DNA from: Deferribacterales bacterium
Lineage (GTDB): Bacteria; Chrysiogenota; Deferribacteres; Deferribacterales; Geovibrionaceae
Direction of reading: 5' to 3'
NCBI GenBank assembly: GCA_050251875.1
Contig: JBFWMA010000004.1
Location: 64,001 to 128,000, forward strand
DNA length: 64,000 nt
Position numbers and translations under genes: made by a program. Position 1 is the first letter of the stretch. Every line of letters starts with the position of its first letter. Of this stretch, positions 29,098-37,657 are shown in pieces. The notes beneath the pieces are model-generated. The model had not been told where the DNA came from and did no database searches. It worked only from the letters and a program-made list of their open reading frames with translations.

Positions 29098-29954
29098 CGG
29101 ACTTTATGGAGAAAATAGAAGAGTACAAGCACCTTGTAGCAAAGCAGGTAAGAATCAAATCTAAATATTTTCAAGGGAAGGGAATTGACTCTGAAGAGTT
29201 AGAAAATGAATTAAGGCATGTGTTCCTTATTTTGCTGGGGCAAGCTATAGATGAACATGACCAAGCAAAAGGTGAGTTTAAAGCCTTCTATGGGAAGAAA
29301 GTCCTAAACTACTGCATGGACAGGCTCAGGGAGTTTGGACGTAAGAGTGTAACTTCTGAGGGTAAATTAGCTAGAGGGCTTGTCGACATAGATGAGTATG
29401 CAGACTATGAAGGCTACTGCAAAGAAAGTATTATGCTGTCGCTACCCGGGCAGGGTGAAAAGGCTCAATATAAATCAGCCCCAGACCATAGGCTAAGGTT
29501 AGTATTCGCTTGTGAAGGGCGTGTTGTTGCTCAACGAATGGCAAAATTAATGCAGTCTCAGGGTGGAATGTACAAACAGGTTACTTTCGGTGAGTTATGT
29601 TACTTGTTTTCACCGGGAAAGCCTATAATGAACAATTTGTTTGGAATTACTATGTACGCTCTCGCTTACGAACCGTGGGACAGACTGCATAAAACTGTTA
29701 AATCAGGGAGATTGCCAGATGACAGGCGGTGTGTAGTCATGACGAAAGATGACAGTGCGTTTAAGAGGCTTGAACAGCATTATAGACGGCACTCCATACA
29801 ATATAGGTCTTTTACTGATGGAGCAAAAAAATACTTTATTATGAATGATGTGCCTATGCTTCAAAAGGTTGATGACTTGTATTTTTTCTGGTTGCTCAGG
29901 AGGGATTGGAAAGAGGTTCATCATGAGCTTTCAGCAACATTAGAGTCCTTTTGA
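29094..29954 (+). CDS. Protein with sigma70 region 2-like N-terminus
   Basis: LVAKQV...LILLGQAIDEHDQAKGEFKAFYGKKVLNYCMDRLRE resembles FliA/SigF region 2; no clear region 4. Confidence 0.5.
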   Translation: MTDFMEKIEEYKHLVAKQVRIKSKYFQGKGIDSEELENELRHVFLILLGQAIDEHDQAKGEFKAFYGKKVLNYCMDRLREFGRKSVTSEGKLARGLVDIDEYADYEGYCKESIMLSLPGQGEKAQYKSAPDHRLRLVFACEGRVVAQRMAKLMQSQGGMYKQVTFGELCYLFSPGKPIMNNLFGITMYALAYEPWDRLHKTVKSGRLPDDRRCVVMTKDDSAFKRLEQHYRRHSIQYRSFTDGAKKYFIMNDVPMLQKVDDLYFFWLLRRDWKEVHHELSATLESF

Positions 29955-30014
29955 TGTAGGTTTTGAGCCTTGTAAGTGCGGATTTTTTTTACTCAATAAT
30001 AACAATATATTAAG

Positions 30015-30057
30015 TGCCTTGTTGACTAAAATTCACATAAGTTGACAAGGCATTTTT
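30015..30057 (+). terminator. Hairpin plus T-tract overlapping a TTGACA -35 element
   Basis: TGCCTTGTTGACT / AGTTGACAAGGCA followed by TTTTT. Confidence 0.55.
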
Positions 30058-30089
30058 CGTTTATGTATATAGAGAGGAAAATAACGTAT

Positions 30090-30198
30090 AAGCCGTCAGT
30101 TGAAAATATAAATGTCAAGTTTGGTGTGATTCCTAACCCTAAGTTCATGCTAAACCCTAAGAGCCGTTGGTGGTGTAATGCCGCTGACGGCTTTTTTT
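30090..30198 (+). promoter_or_regulatory. Leader with mutually exclusive terminator and antiterminator pairing
   Basis: Stem 30162-30173/30181-30192 plus T-run; AAGCCGTCAG (30090-30099) is the exact complement of 30184-30193. Confidence 0.55.
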
Positions 30199-30257
30199 AT
30201 TTGCACTGACTTAAATAACTTTAAAGAAGAATAAATAAATTCAGGAGGTAGAAAACA

Positions 30258-30437
30258 ATGACAAAGCTAGTCACTATTTCAGTGCCAGCCCATACGGTAC
30301 AGGCACTTGATGAAGCGGCAAAGAAAGAAGGCAGAAGCAGAAGCAACTTTATAGTTTTGGTTCTGAAACAGGCTTTAACACAGTTGCACACAACAAAAGA
30401 CATTAAAAACATACGCATAGGCGTAGAGGAGGATTAA
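30258..30437 (+). CDS. Ribbon-helix-helix (CopG-like) regulator, 59 aa (not in ORF track)
   Basis: AGGAGG RBS; MTKLVTISVPAHTVQALDEAAKKEGRSRSNFIVLVLKQAL. Confidence 0.85.
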   Translation: MTKLVTISVPAHTVQALDEAAKKEGRSRSNFIVLVLKQALTQLHTTKDIKNIRIGVEED

Positions 30438-30439
30438 CC

Positions 30440-31138
30440 ATGAAGACAAGAACACTTGTCATAATAGCAGGCAAACTGCAAAGACCAGAAATACTGTCAG
30501 ACCTTGAGAGACTGACCAAACTAGAAAACGACATGGAAATAGTAAGAGCCAAACAGGCAACTTTACAAGAGATGCTAGACAGCATCAGACAGGACGGTCA
30601 GCACGGTTCAAAGATGGAAAAAGACCTAATGTTTAAAATCAATTCTCTTGATGACACAACAGCAAGACTGACAAAGCAGGCGGAAAAAGTACGCAGTGAA
30701 GCCATAGAAGAGCTTAAACACATTGCACTTGAAAAAGAGGTGGAGAAAGCCGCCGCCCAGACAGGCACGAACGCCAAAGGACTGGTTAAGGCGATTCTCA
30801 ATAAAGACGGAGTCAACTTTCAGTCAGACAGCGAAGGCAACTATTTTGTAACCTCTAAAGGCAAACTGTTAACAACAAGACTGGAAGAGATGAAAGCAGA
30901 CCCTGAAACATCAATCCTGTTCCAGAAACAGGAATCTAACAGCCGGGCGGAAACCAGAATGACTAATCAGGTCAATAAGCAAATCAGCCCGGCAGACAGT
31001 AAGGAAATAGCGGATTTTCTGAAATACAAGGGCAACCCATTTAAGAAAGAATCTCTTAATCTGACCATGCAGGGAAAGATTATAAAACTCATGCCTGAAA
31101 AGGCTGAGGAGCTTAGAGAAGAGGCTAAATATGCTTAA
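30440..31138 (+). CDS. Coiled-coil protein with phage capsid scaffold-like C-terminus
   Basis: NPFKKESLNLTMQGKIIKLMPEKAEELREEA resembles the NP(F/W)xKxxxNLTxQG scaffold tail. Confidence 0.6.
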   Translation: MKTRTLVIIAGKLQRPEILSDLERLTKLENDMEIVRAKQATLQEMLDSIRQDGQHGSKMEKDLMFKINSLDDTTARLTKQAEKVRSEAIEELKHIALEKEVEKAAAQTGTNAKGLVKAILNKDGVNFQSDSEGNYFVTSKGKLLTTRLEEMKADPETSILFQKQESNSRAETRMTNQVNKQISPADSKEIADFLKYKGNPFKKESLNLTMQGKIIKLMPEKAEELREEAKYA

Positions 31139-31316
31139 TATGTCATACGCTGAATACATAATGCTTTGTTGTGAGGCATCATTAGAGTTCATGGAAGGCA
31201 TACATGCTGGAAGGTTTACACCTGAACAGTTTGAAGAATATGCCAATGCCTTAGAACAGTTCTTTGCATTAGACGACATGTTCAAAGAGGCGAAACATGA
31301 GCCATGCCCAGCCTGA
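31131..31316 (+). CDS. Small acidic hypothetical protein
   Basis: Overlaps both neighbours in the operon. Confidence 0.55.
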   Translation: MLNMSYAEYIMLCCEASLEFMEGIHAGRFTPEQFEEYANALEQFFALDDMFKEAKHEPCPA

Positions 31317-31662
31317 GAAACACCGCATAGTCATAAACGGTCAGTATGTAGAAGTTACTCTTAAAGAGCTAATACAAGGCTACACAGAGAATGCACAACA
31401 TAAGCAGGCAAAAGAGACACAAAGACAGAAACAGCTTGATGACATTAACAGCCTTAACAGCATAGCCTTAATGAAGGCAAGACGGGTTATTACAGACAGT
31501 AAAAACATGTCAGACATCAAGCGGGCTTTGGACGTAGTGAAGACGGTTCAGGACGTTGTTGTAAATTCTAATGCAGTAGACAAGACACCTATTGACGGAC
31601 TTGTGGAAACATTAGCCGCATTGAGACAGTCAGCACTACCTTACATGCCTGAAAAAGACTAA
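31297..31662 (+). CDS. Hypothetical protein with phage scaffold-like motif
   Basis: IVINGQYVEVTLKELIQGY resembles VKVDGEExEVTLxELxxGY. Confidence 0.55.
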   Translation: MSHAQPEKHRIVINGQYVEVTLKELIQGYTENAQHKQAKETQRQKQLDDINSLNSIALMKARRVITDSKNMSDIKRALDVVKTVQDVVVNSNAVDKTPIDGLVETLAALRQSALPYMPEKD

Positions 31663-31699
31663 ACATTTCAAATTTATTATTATTTATTTTGGGGGAAAC

Positions 31700-32101
31700 A
31701 TGACAAAAAAATCAGAGAAAGTGTCTGATGCTAAAAGGGATTTTAAAAACACCCTAAAAATCGGACAACTTTCTACACTGGAACAGGTTAGAAGAGCCTC
31801 AGCAAAGGCTATTAAAGAAGCGTGTGCAGGCAACTTTTCTTTTGAATATGCGTATAAGCTGGTGAACATGCTTAGAACTCACAAAGAGCTTATTAATGCA
31901 GAGAGAGAAGAGAAAGGCGCACAAGCAGACAGGGGAGTTTCTAAACTGCAAGAGCAAATCAACAAGAGGCTTGATGAACTCATTGTGGAAGAGAACACCA
32001 AAAGAGCTGAACAGGGCTTGCCTGTTATGACTGACATTGAAGAGGAAACATTCAAATTTCAGAATGAGCCTACAGTAAAATATGAGCTGAGCAAGCATTA
32101 A
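31700..32101 (+). CDS. Hypothetical helical protein (small-terminase-like candidate)
   Basis: LSTLEQVRR...AYKLVNML pattern and position in the operon; function is a weak inference. Confidence 0.5.
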   Translation: MTKKSEKVSDAKRDFKNTLKIGQLSTLEQVRRASAKAIKEACAGNFSFEYAYKLVNMLRTHKELINAEREEKGAQADRGVSKLQEQINKRLDELIVEENTKRAEQGLPVMTDIEEETFKFQNEPTVKYELSKH

Positions 32102-32105
32102 AAAC

Positions 32106-32123
32106 AGGCGGGGAAACCCGCCT
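32106..32123. other. GC hairpin with GAAA loop (terminator or replication-origin hairpin)
   Basis: AGGCGGG-GAAA-CCCGCCT upstream of the Rep-like gene. Confidence 0.5.
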
Positions 32124-32259
32124 ATTTGCTTGTATGTAACAAGGGGGGAGAGACACACCCAGTAAAACACACTATTACTCATATGAGCCAATCACTTACA
32201 TCATTTTTAAACTTGACAAAAATTAACACTTTTTTAACACACTAAAATTAGGGGTTAGC

Positions 32260-33222
32260 ATGGAGGTTATAGGCTATGGAATAGACCATATAACTTTGTC
32301 TATTACATTAAAACAGAAGGGACTAACACCAGTAGAAACCTATGACAGATTCCATAAAAGCATCATTGAATACTTTGAGCTGGACTGTGTAGGTGTAGCG
32401 GGTGCGAGGTTCAATGAGGACATGGAATACAGGCAGAACGGAACGCCGACACAGTTTACATTAAGCCTGTTCTCACACCTCACCAGACGGCTGAAATTGA
32501 CCACAGCGGAAGAGTACGCCGAATATATACACGAATGCTTTACAAAAGCATTCCCAGTCTTAGAAAGCGTATTTGAGACCGTGTACAGGGTGAACAAGGT
32601 TGAATACTTCATAGACTGGCAAAAAGGGCAAATCAGACCGTTTAAGAAGACGATTAAGAGCATCAAGCCGTCAACTACAAAGCTGACATTCAGCCAGTGG
32701 GAGAACGGAGACACACCCAGCAGTTATTATGTAAAGGCTAACGGCTGGGAACTTGTGAGGTACAACAAGACAAAACAGCTCATAGATGAAAGAAAGACGG
32801 CGTATTACCCGCATGAGTACGCCGACATAGACAATCCTGTCTATAGAACAGAGCTGAGGCTTTTTAAGGACTACATACAACGACATGATGAAGAAAGAAT
32901 CAAGGCGGAACATGTAGCACTAAAACTGCTTGGCAACATCACAGACACCCAGAGAGACATCAAGAAGCTGACGGCAAGCATCAATCCAAAAGGCACGCTG
33001 AAAGTTTCGTCAAAACCATTAAGACACAGAACACTTGCAGACGTAGAGGACACCATATACAGCCGTGTGGCTAATGAGGTTGAAAACGTCAAGTCTGCAT
33101 ATGAAGCGGCGGGCATTCCTTTTGACCGCTCAGAGGCTCTGAAACGCTTTGACAGCATCATTTCAAGCACTCACCCACAGAAGGACAAAACAAGACGTTA
33201 CAAGCGTCAAATAACAGCGTAG
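32260..33222 (+). CDS. Rep_trans-like replication initiator/relaxase
   Basis: IDHITL, VNKVEYFID, SYYV...VRYNK, YRTELRL in the Rep_trans motif order. Confidence 0.55.
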   Translation: MEVIGYGIDHITLSITLKQKGLTPVETYDRFHKSIIEYFELDCVGVAGARFNEDMEYRQNGTPTQFTLSLFSHLTRRLKLTTAEEYAEYIHECFTKAFPVLESVFETVYRVNKVEYFIDWQKGQIRPFKKTIKSIKPSTTKLTFSQWENGDTPSSYYVKANGWELVRYNKTKQLIDERKTAYYPHEYADIDNPVYRTELRLFKDYIQRHDEERIKAEHVALKLLGNITDTQRDIKKLTASINPKGTLKVSSKPLRHRTLADVEDTIYSRVANEVENVKSAYEAAGIPFDRSEALKRFDSIISSTHPQKDKTRRYKRQITA

Positions 33223-33235
33223 AGAGGTTTAAATT

Positions 33236-33592
33236 ATGTATGAAGTAGTAACAAAATACATCAGAATTACATCAAACGGAAAGACCAACGAAATTATAGC
33301 AACTGAGGATGTCAGCAGAGAGATTGAAAGGCTCAGAGAGGAAAACAAACGCCTCAAACAAGAGCTTTCAGACAAGAAAGAGAAAAAGCAGGATTCAGGT
33401 TTTCTGAACACAAACGAGGCGGCGGAATATTTGAAAGTAACACCTCAGCATGTCAGAAACTTAGTAAATGACAAAAAGCTGGTTTTTATGCGTGATTTTG
33501 TAAAGACAAGCTCAGGAAGGCTGATGTTTAAGAAAAAGGCTCTTGATTCATGGATTGAAGGCAGAACAAACACAAGGCTTGCGGTAGTATAG
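33236..33592 (+). CDS. Excisionase-like helix-turn-helix protein
   Basis: FLNTNEAAEYLKVTPQHVRNLV...LMFKKKALDSWI. Confidence 0.85.
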   Translation: MYEVVTKYIRITSNGKTNEIIATEDVSREIERLREENKRLKQELSDKKEKKQDSGFLNTNEAAEYLKVTPQHVRNLVNDKKLVFMRDFVKTSSGRLMFKKKALDSWIEGRTNTRLAVV

Positions 33593-33717
33593 AAGAAGAC
33601 TTGATTTATATTATTTGTTGTTATAAATTTTAAGTATAAGCATTGTGTCGAAAAAGAAAAATCTTGACACCTTGCTTTAAAAAGGTTAGTTACAAAGCAA
33701 ATCTAGAGGAGGCACAA

Positions 33718-33897
33718 ATGGCAACTACATCTTTTTTTACAGACTTCAAAGTTGAAACAAACGAAGTAGCAGAACAACTTGTAAAAGACCTTGAAAATGT
33801 AGCTAGTGAAGTTGTGTCTACCATCAATGTAGATGAGCAAACCTATGAGGGTGACAAGCTATACAACCTATTTGCATACCGCTCAGAGAATTATTAA
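33718..33897 (+). CDS. Small putative antitoxin preceding the GNAT gene
   Basis: GAGGAGG RBS; MATTSFFTDFKV, 59 aa. Confidence 0.6.
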   Translation: MATTSFFTDFKVETNEVAEQLVKDLENVASEVVSTINVDEQTYEGDKLYNLFAYRSENY

Positions 33898-33917
33898 AGT
33901 CACCTAATACCTATGGA

Positions 33918-34442
33918 GTGATTCTTTCTGGCTTACAGTTGTTTCAATGTAGTCGGAATTCTGACATTGAACAATTCTTAAAAACCAAAGCAGCTGATTT
34001 TGACAAGCAACGCATAGGACGTACGTTTCTCATTGTAGACAAAGAGAAAATTGTCCCACCAATAGAAAGTAATCCGATTGAAATATTGGCTTATTTTACA
34101 CTTAGCTCAAAGTGTGTTGAGATTGGTGACCAAGTTTCTAAAAGCTTACGAAAGAAAATCAATGCGAACTCTTCAAGAATACCCGCTGTATTGCTAGCAC
34201 AAGTAGGAAAGAATGACAATGCTTCTGGCTATAACGGTCACGAGCTTTTTTGTCTTATTGAGTCTTTTGTGGCTAAAACAATGAATCTTATTGCTGGGAA
34301 GCTAATGATTCTAGAGTGTGACAAGGTAGAGAAACTAATATGTCACTATAAATCTCTTGGCTACAACTCACTTGGTGACCATAATGAATTACACCAAATG
34401 TATAAGGTTATAGACACAAAGATTTGTAACGGAGAATCTTAG
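33918..34442 (+). CDS. GNAT-family acetyltransferase (putative toxin); real start probably further upstream
   Basis: FQCSRNSDIEQFLK, LAYFTLS, LLAQVGKN, YKSLGY. Confidence 0.75.
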   Translation: MILSGLQLFQCSRNSDIEQFLKTKAADFDKQRIGRTFLIVDKEKIVPPIESNPIEILAYFTLSSKCVEIGDQVSKSLRKKINANSSRIPAVLLAQVGKNDNASGYNGHELFCLIESFVAKTMNLIAGKLMILECDKVEKLICHYKSLGYNSLGDHNELHQMYKVIDTKICNGES

Positions 34443-34518
34443 GTCTATATAATCACTCATTTCAGTCTCGTCATGCCCGCACTCTCAAAGTTATTTACTC
34501 AAAACTAATAGTTATACG

Positions 34519-34549
34519 TATTTTCAATCAGGCAAAATTGTGCTTTAAT
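34519..34549 (+). promoter_or_regulatory. Extended -10 promoter-like element shared with the hsdM upstream region
   Basis: 29/31 identity to 44521-44551; TGcTTTAAT. Confidence 0.65.
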
Positions 34550-34590
34550 ATGAGCGTAGTTTATGAATTTAGAGGCGGGGTTTACATACT

Positions 34591-37500
34591 ATGGCAAAGA
34601 GAAAAATTGAAGATTACGAACATAAAGAGAATTTGAGGCTAAACAACCCACATGTAGGGAAAGTTACTCCTCATTCAGACAAAGATGATGGCAAAAAGAC
34701 CTATGCGTATGACCCGCACCTGAGCCCAGAGCTTCAATTTGATTCTTCTAGAGCGGTAGTCGAAAACATTATTGCAGATGCTCTTGCAACTGGCGATGCT
34801 GATGCGATGAAGAAAGCACTAGAAAAGCTTCAGCAGATGCAACAGCCATACCTTAACTGGGCAGGCAAGGCTGAAAAAACAACTTTTGAAGTACCTACCG
34901 TGTCACTGCATGTCCATGAGCGTATGAAAGCAACAACTATTGTTGAATCCATACGCAAAAAGAACGGATGGCAGCCAGAAGTAGCAGACTTTATGCATCA
35001 AGCATCAATAGCTGAGGATTTAGAGTTTTATAAACACCAGAAAGAGTGGTCAAACAGACTTATTGCTGGTGACTCTCTTCTTGTCATGAACTCCCTTGTA
35101 GAAAAAGAAGGAATGGCTGGTAAGGTTCAGATGATTTACATAGACCCGCCATACGGAATCAAATATGGCTCTAACTTTCAGCCTTTTGTAAATAAAAGAA
35201 ATGTCACAGATAAAAACGACTCCGACTTAACACAAGAGCCTGAGATGGTTAAAGCTTTTCGTGACACATGGGAACTCGGAATTCATTCTTATTTGACGTA
35301 TTTACGTGACAGAGTCTTGTTTTCACATGAGCTTATGTCAAACACAGGTTCAATATTCGTGCAAATAAGTGACGAAAATATTCACTTAGTAAGAAATATA
35401 CTCGATGAGATATACGGAGCAAGCAATTTTGCAGGACTAATTACATTTCAGAAAACTGGAAGTATTGCTGGTAACCTACTCGGTTCGACTGTTGATTTCG
35501 TACTCTGGTATGCGAAAGACATCAACAATGTCAAATACAATCAGCTATATATTGAGAGAAAACAAGGTGACACAAGTCTAGACCGCTATGATTATAATGA
35601 ATCATTGGCTTGTGGTATTAACAAAATACCAGCGAAAGCAATTCGAGGTGAAGAACCCTTGCCTTATGGTAAAAGATTGAGGTTACAAACATTACTCTCT
35701 GATGGAGAGTCCAAACAGCAAGTACCATTTATTTTTCAAAATGAAGATTTTATGCCCCGAAGCGGTAAGCACTGGAAAACAGAGCCTACCGTAAATATGC
35801 AACGACTAGTAAAATCGAATAGAATTTTCAAACAAGGAAGTTCTCCTTGGTATAAGCGTTATGTAATAGATTTTCCTGTTATTCCTTTAGGTGACAGATG
35901 GGAAAGCATGCAAATTGGTACAGAACTTAACTATGTGGTGCAAACTGCAAACAAAGTCATTGAACGTTGTATGCTTATGACAACAGACCCAGGAGACATT
36001 GTTCTTGACCCTACATGTGGTAGTGGGACAACTGCTTTTGTTGCTGAAAAGTGGGGCCGCAGATGGATTACATGCGACACCTCAAGAGTTGCTGTGACAC
36101 TTGCAAAACAGAGACTTCTTACCTCAACATATGATTACTTTGAACTCGCTCACCCAGAAGAAGGTGTTTCTTCCGGGTTTGTATATAAAACCGTACCTCA
36201 TATTACCCTCAAATCAATTGCTCATAACGAAGAAATTGACAGGATTTATGATGAATACATAGCAGACATTCAAATCGAGCTTGGCTCAATAAATAAGCTT
36301 CTTAATAAAAACTGGCAAGAGTGGGAAGTTCCGTTTGATGAGCTTTATGATTGGGGTGAAGATGCTGTAATTGCTTTGAAACAATACCATGCTCTTAAAA
36401 AATCACATGAAGCTGATGTTGAGGAACGTTCCAAGAATGGTGCTACACTCTCTGACCTGGAAATGCTTGACCACAATTATGAGAACCAAAAGTCTAATTT
36501 TCTTAAAGCAATAAACAAAGCGACCAAGAAGAAGCTGACAGAAGAAGAGCTTCCTTTTGAAGAATACCTTGATTGGCCAGATGAAGCCATTCGTCATTTC
36601 AAGCGTTTCCACCAAAGGCGCATGGAGCGACAGTCTAGAATTGACGAATCAATTGCAAAGAATGCACCGCAAGAAACAATGTACGACCAGCCAAAGATTG
36701 ACAAAAAGAAAGTCAGAGTAACAGGGCCATTTACCGTTGAAGCTGTACCTGCCCCAGTGTCTGGGCCTTTTACAACTGACGGGACACCAGCATCAACAGC
36801 AAGACCACTTGAAGAAATGGAAGAAGAACCCGCTTCTGATGAATCAGTAGCACGGAGCGGAGAGACTGCAAGACAATCCGATTGGCGAGATGAGCTTTTA
36901 AAAACTGGCATAAGAGGCAAAGGCGGGCAGATGATTGAATTTGTCCGGGTTGAAGCTTTGAGTGGTACAAAATACCTTCATGCTGAAGCTGAAACAAAAG
37001 GTGACGGGCAAATGGCAGTAATTTCGTTTGGCCCTGAGCATGCACCGCTTGAGCAAAGGCAGGTAGCACTAGCTATTGATGAAGCATCGAACTTTTACCC
37101 AAAACCAAAAATGCTTTTGTTTGCCACATTCCAATTTGACCCGGAAGCATCTAAAGACATAGATGAAATACCCACAGACAGGTTAGGCATGGCACTTTTA
37201 AAAGTGCAAATGAATGGTGACCTTCTTACGGATGACCTGAAAAAGAAACGCTCTAGTAATGAATCTTTCTGGCTCATAGGGCAACCTGATGTTGAACTCC
37301 TCAAAGATAATGATGGGCAGTTCCGCATTCAGGTAAATGGATTTGACTATTATGACACAAAAACAGGAAAGGTTCTGTCTGGTGACAGTAGTCATATTGC
37401 TATGTGGATGCTCGACCCAGATTATGACAACCGAAGCCTATTCCCTAAACAAGTTTTCTTTCCTATGGCAGGGACACAGGATGGTTGGGCAAAAATGGCA

Positions 37501-37653
37501 AAATCACTTAAAGAGGAAGTTGACCAGTCTCTTGTGAGAGATTACCACGGGACAACTTCTCTTCCTTTTGAGATTGGTGGCTATAAGCAGGCTGCGGTAA
37601 AAATCATTGATGACCGTGGAATTGAAAGCTTGAAAATTATAGCACTGGACTAA
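34591..37653 (+). CDS. mod: Type III-like R-M adenine methyltransferase (Mod)
   Basis: IYIDPPY precedes DPTCGSGTT (beta class); adjacent to Res. Confidence 0.88.
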   Translation: MAKRKIEDYEHKENLRLNNPHVGKVTPHSDKDDGKKTYAYDPHLSPELQFDSSRAVVENIIADALATGDADAMKKALEKLQQMQQPYLNWAGKAEKTTFEVPTVSLHVHERMKATTIVESIRKKNGWQPEVADFMHQASIAEDLEFYKHQKEWSNRLIAGDSLLVMNSLVEKEGMAGKVQMIYIDPPYGIKYGSNFQPFVNKRNVTDKNDSDLTQEPEMVKAFRDTWELGIHSYLTYLRDRVLFSHELMSNTGSIFVQISDENIHLVRNILDEIYGASNFAGLITFQKTGSIAGNLLGSTVDFVLWYAKDINNVKYNQLYIERKQGDTSLDRYDYNESLACGINKIPAKAIRGEEPLPYGKRLRLQTLLSDGESKQQVPFIFQNEDFMPRSGKHWKTEPTVNMQRLVKSNRIFKQGSSPWYKRYVIDFPVIPLGDRWESMQIGTELNYVVQTANKVIERCMLMTTDPGDIVLDPTCGSGTTAFVAEKWGRRWITCDTSRVAVTLAKQRLLTSTYDYFELAHPEEGVSSGFVYKTVPHITLKSIAHNEEIDRIYDEYIADIQIELGSINKLLNKNWQEWEVPFDELYDWGEDAVIALKQYHALKKSHEADVEERSKNGATLSDLEMLDHNYENQKSNFLKAINKATKKKLTEEELPFEEYLDWPDEAIRHFKRFHQRRMERQSRIDESIAKNAPQETMYDQPKIDKKKVRVTGPFTVEAVPAPVSGPFTTDGTPASTARPLEEMEEEPASDESVARSGETARQSDWRDELLKTGIRGKGGQMIEFVRVEALSGTKYLHAEAETKGDGQMAVISFGPEHAPLEQRQVALAIDEASNFYPKPKMLLFATFQFDPEASKDIDEIPTDRLGMALLKVQMNGDLLTDDLKKKRSSNESFWLIGQPDVELLKDNDGQFRIQVNGFDYYDTKTGKVLSGDSSHIAMWMLDPDYDNRSLFPKQVFFPMAGTQDGWAKMAKSLKEEVDQSLVRDYHGTTSLPFEIGGYKQAAVKIIDDRGIESLKIIALD

Positions 37654-37657
37654 GGCC

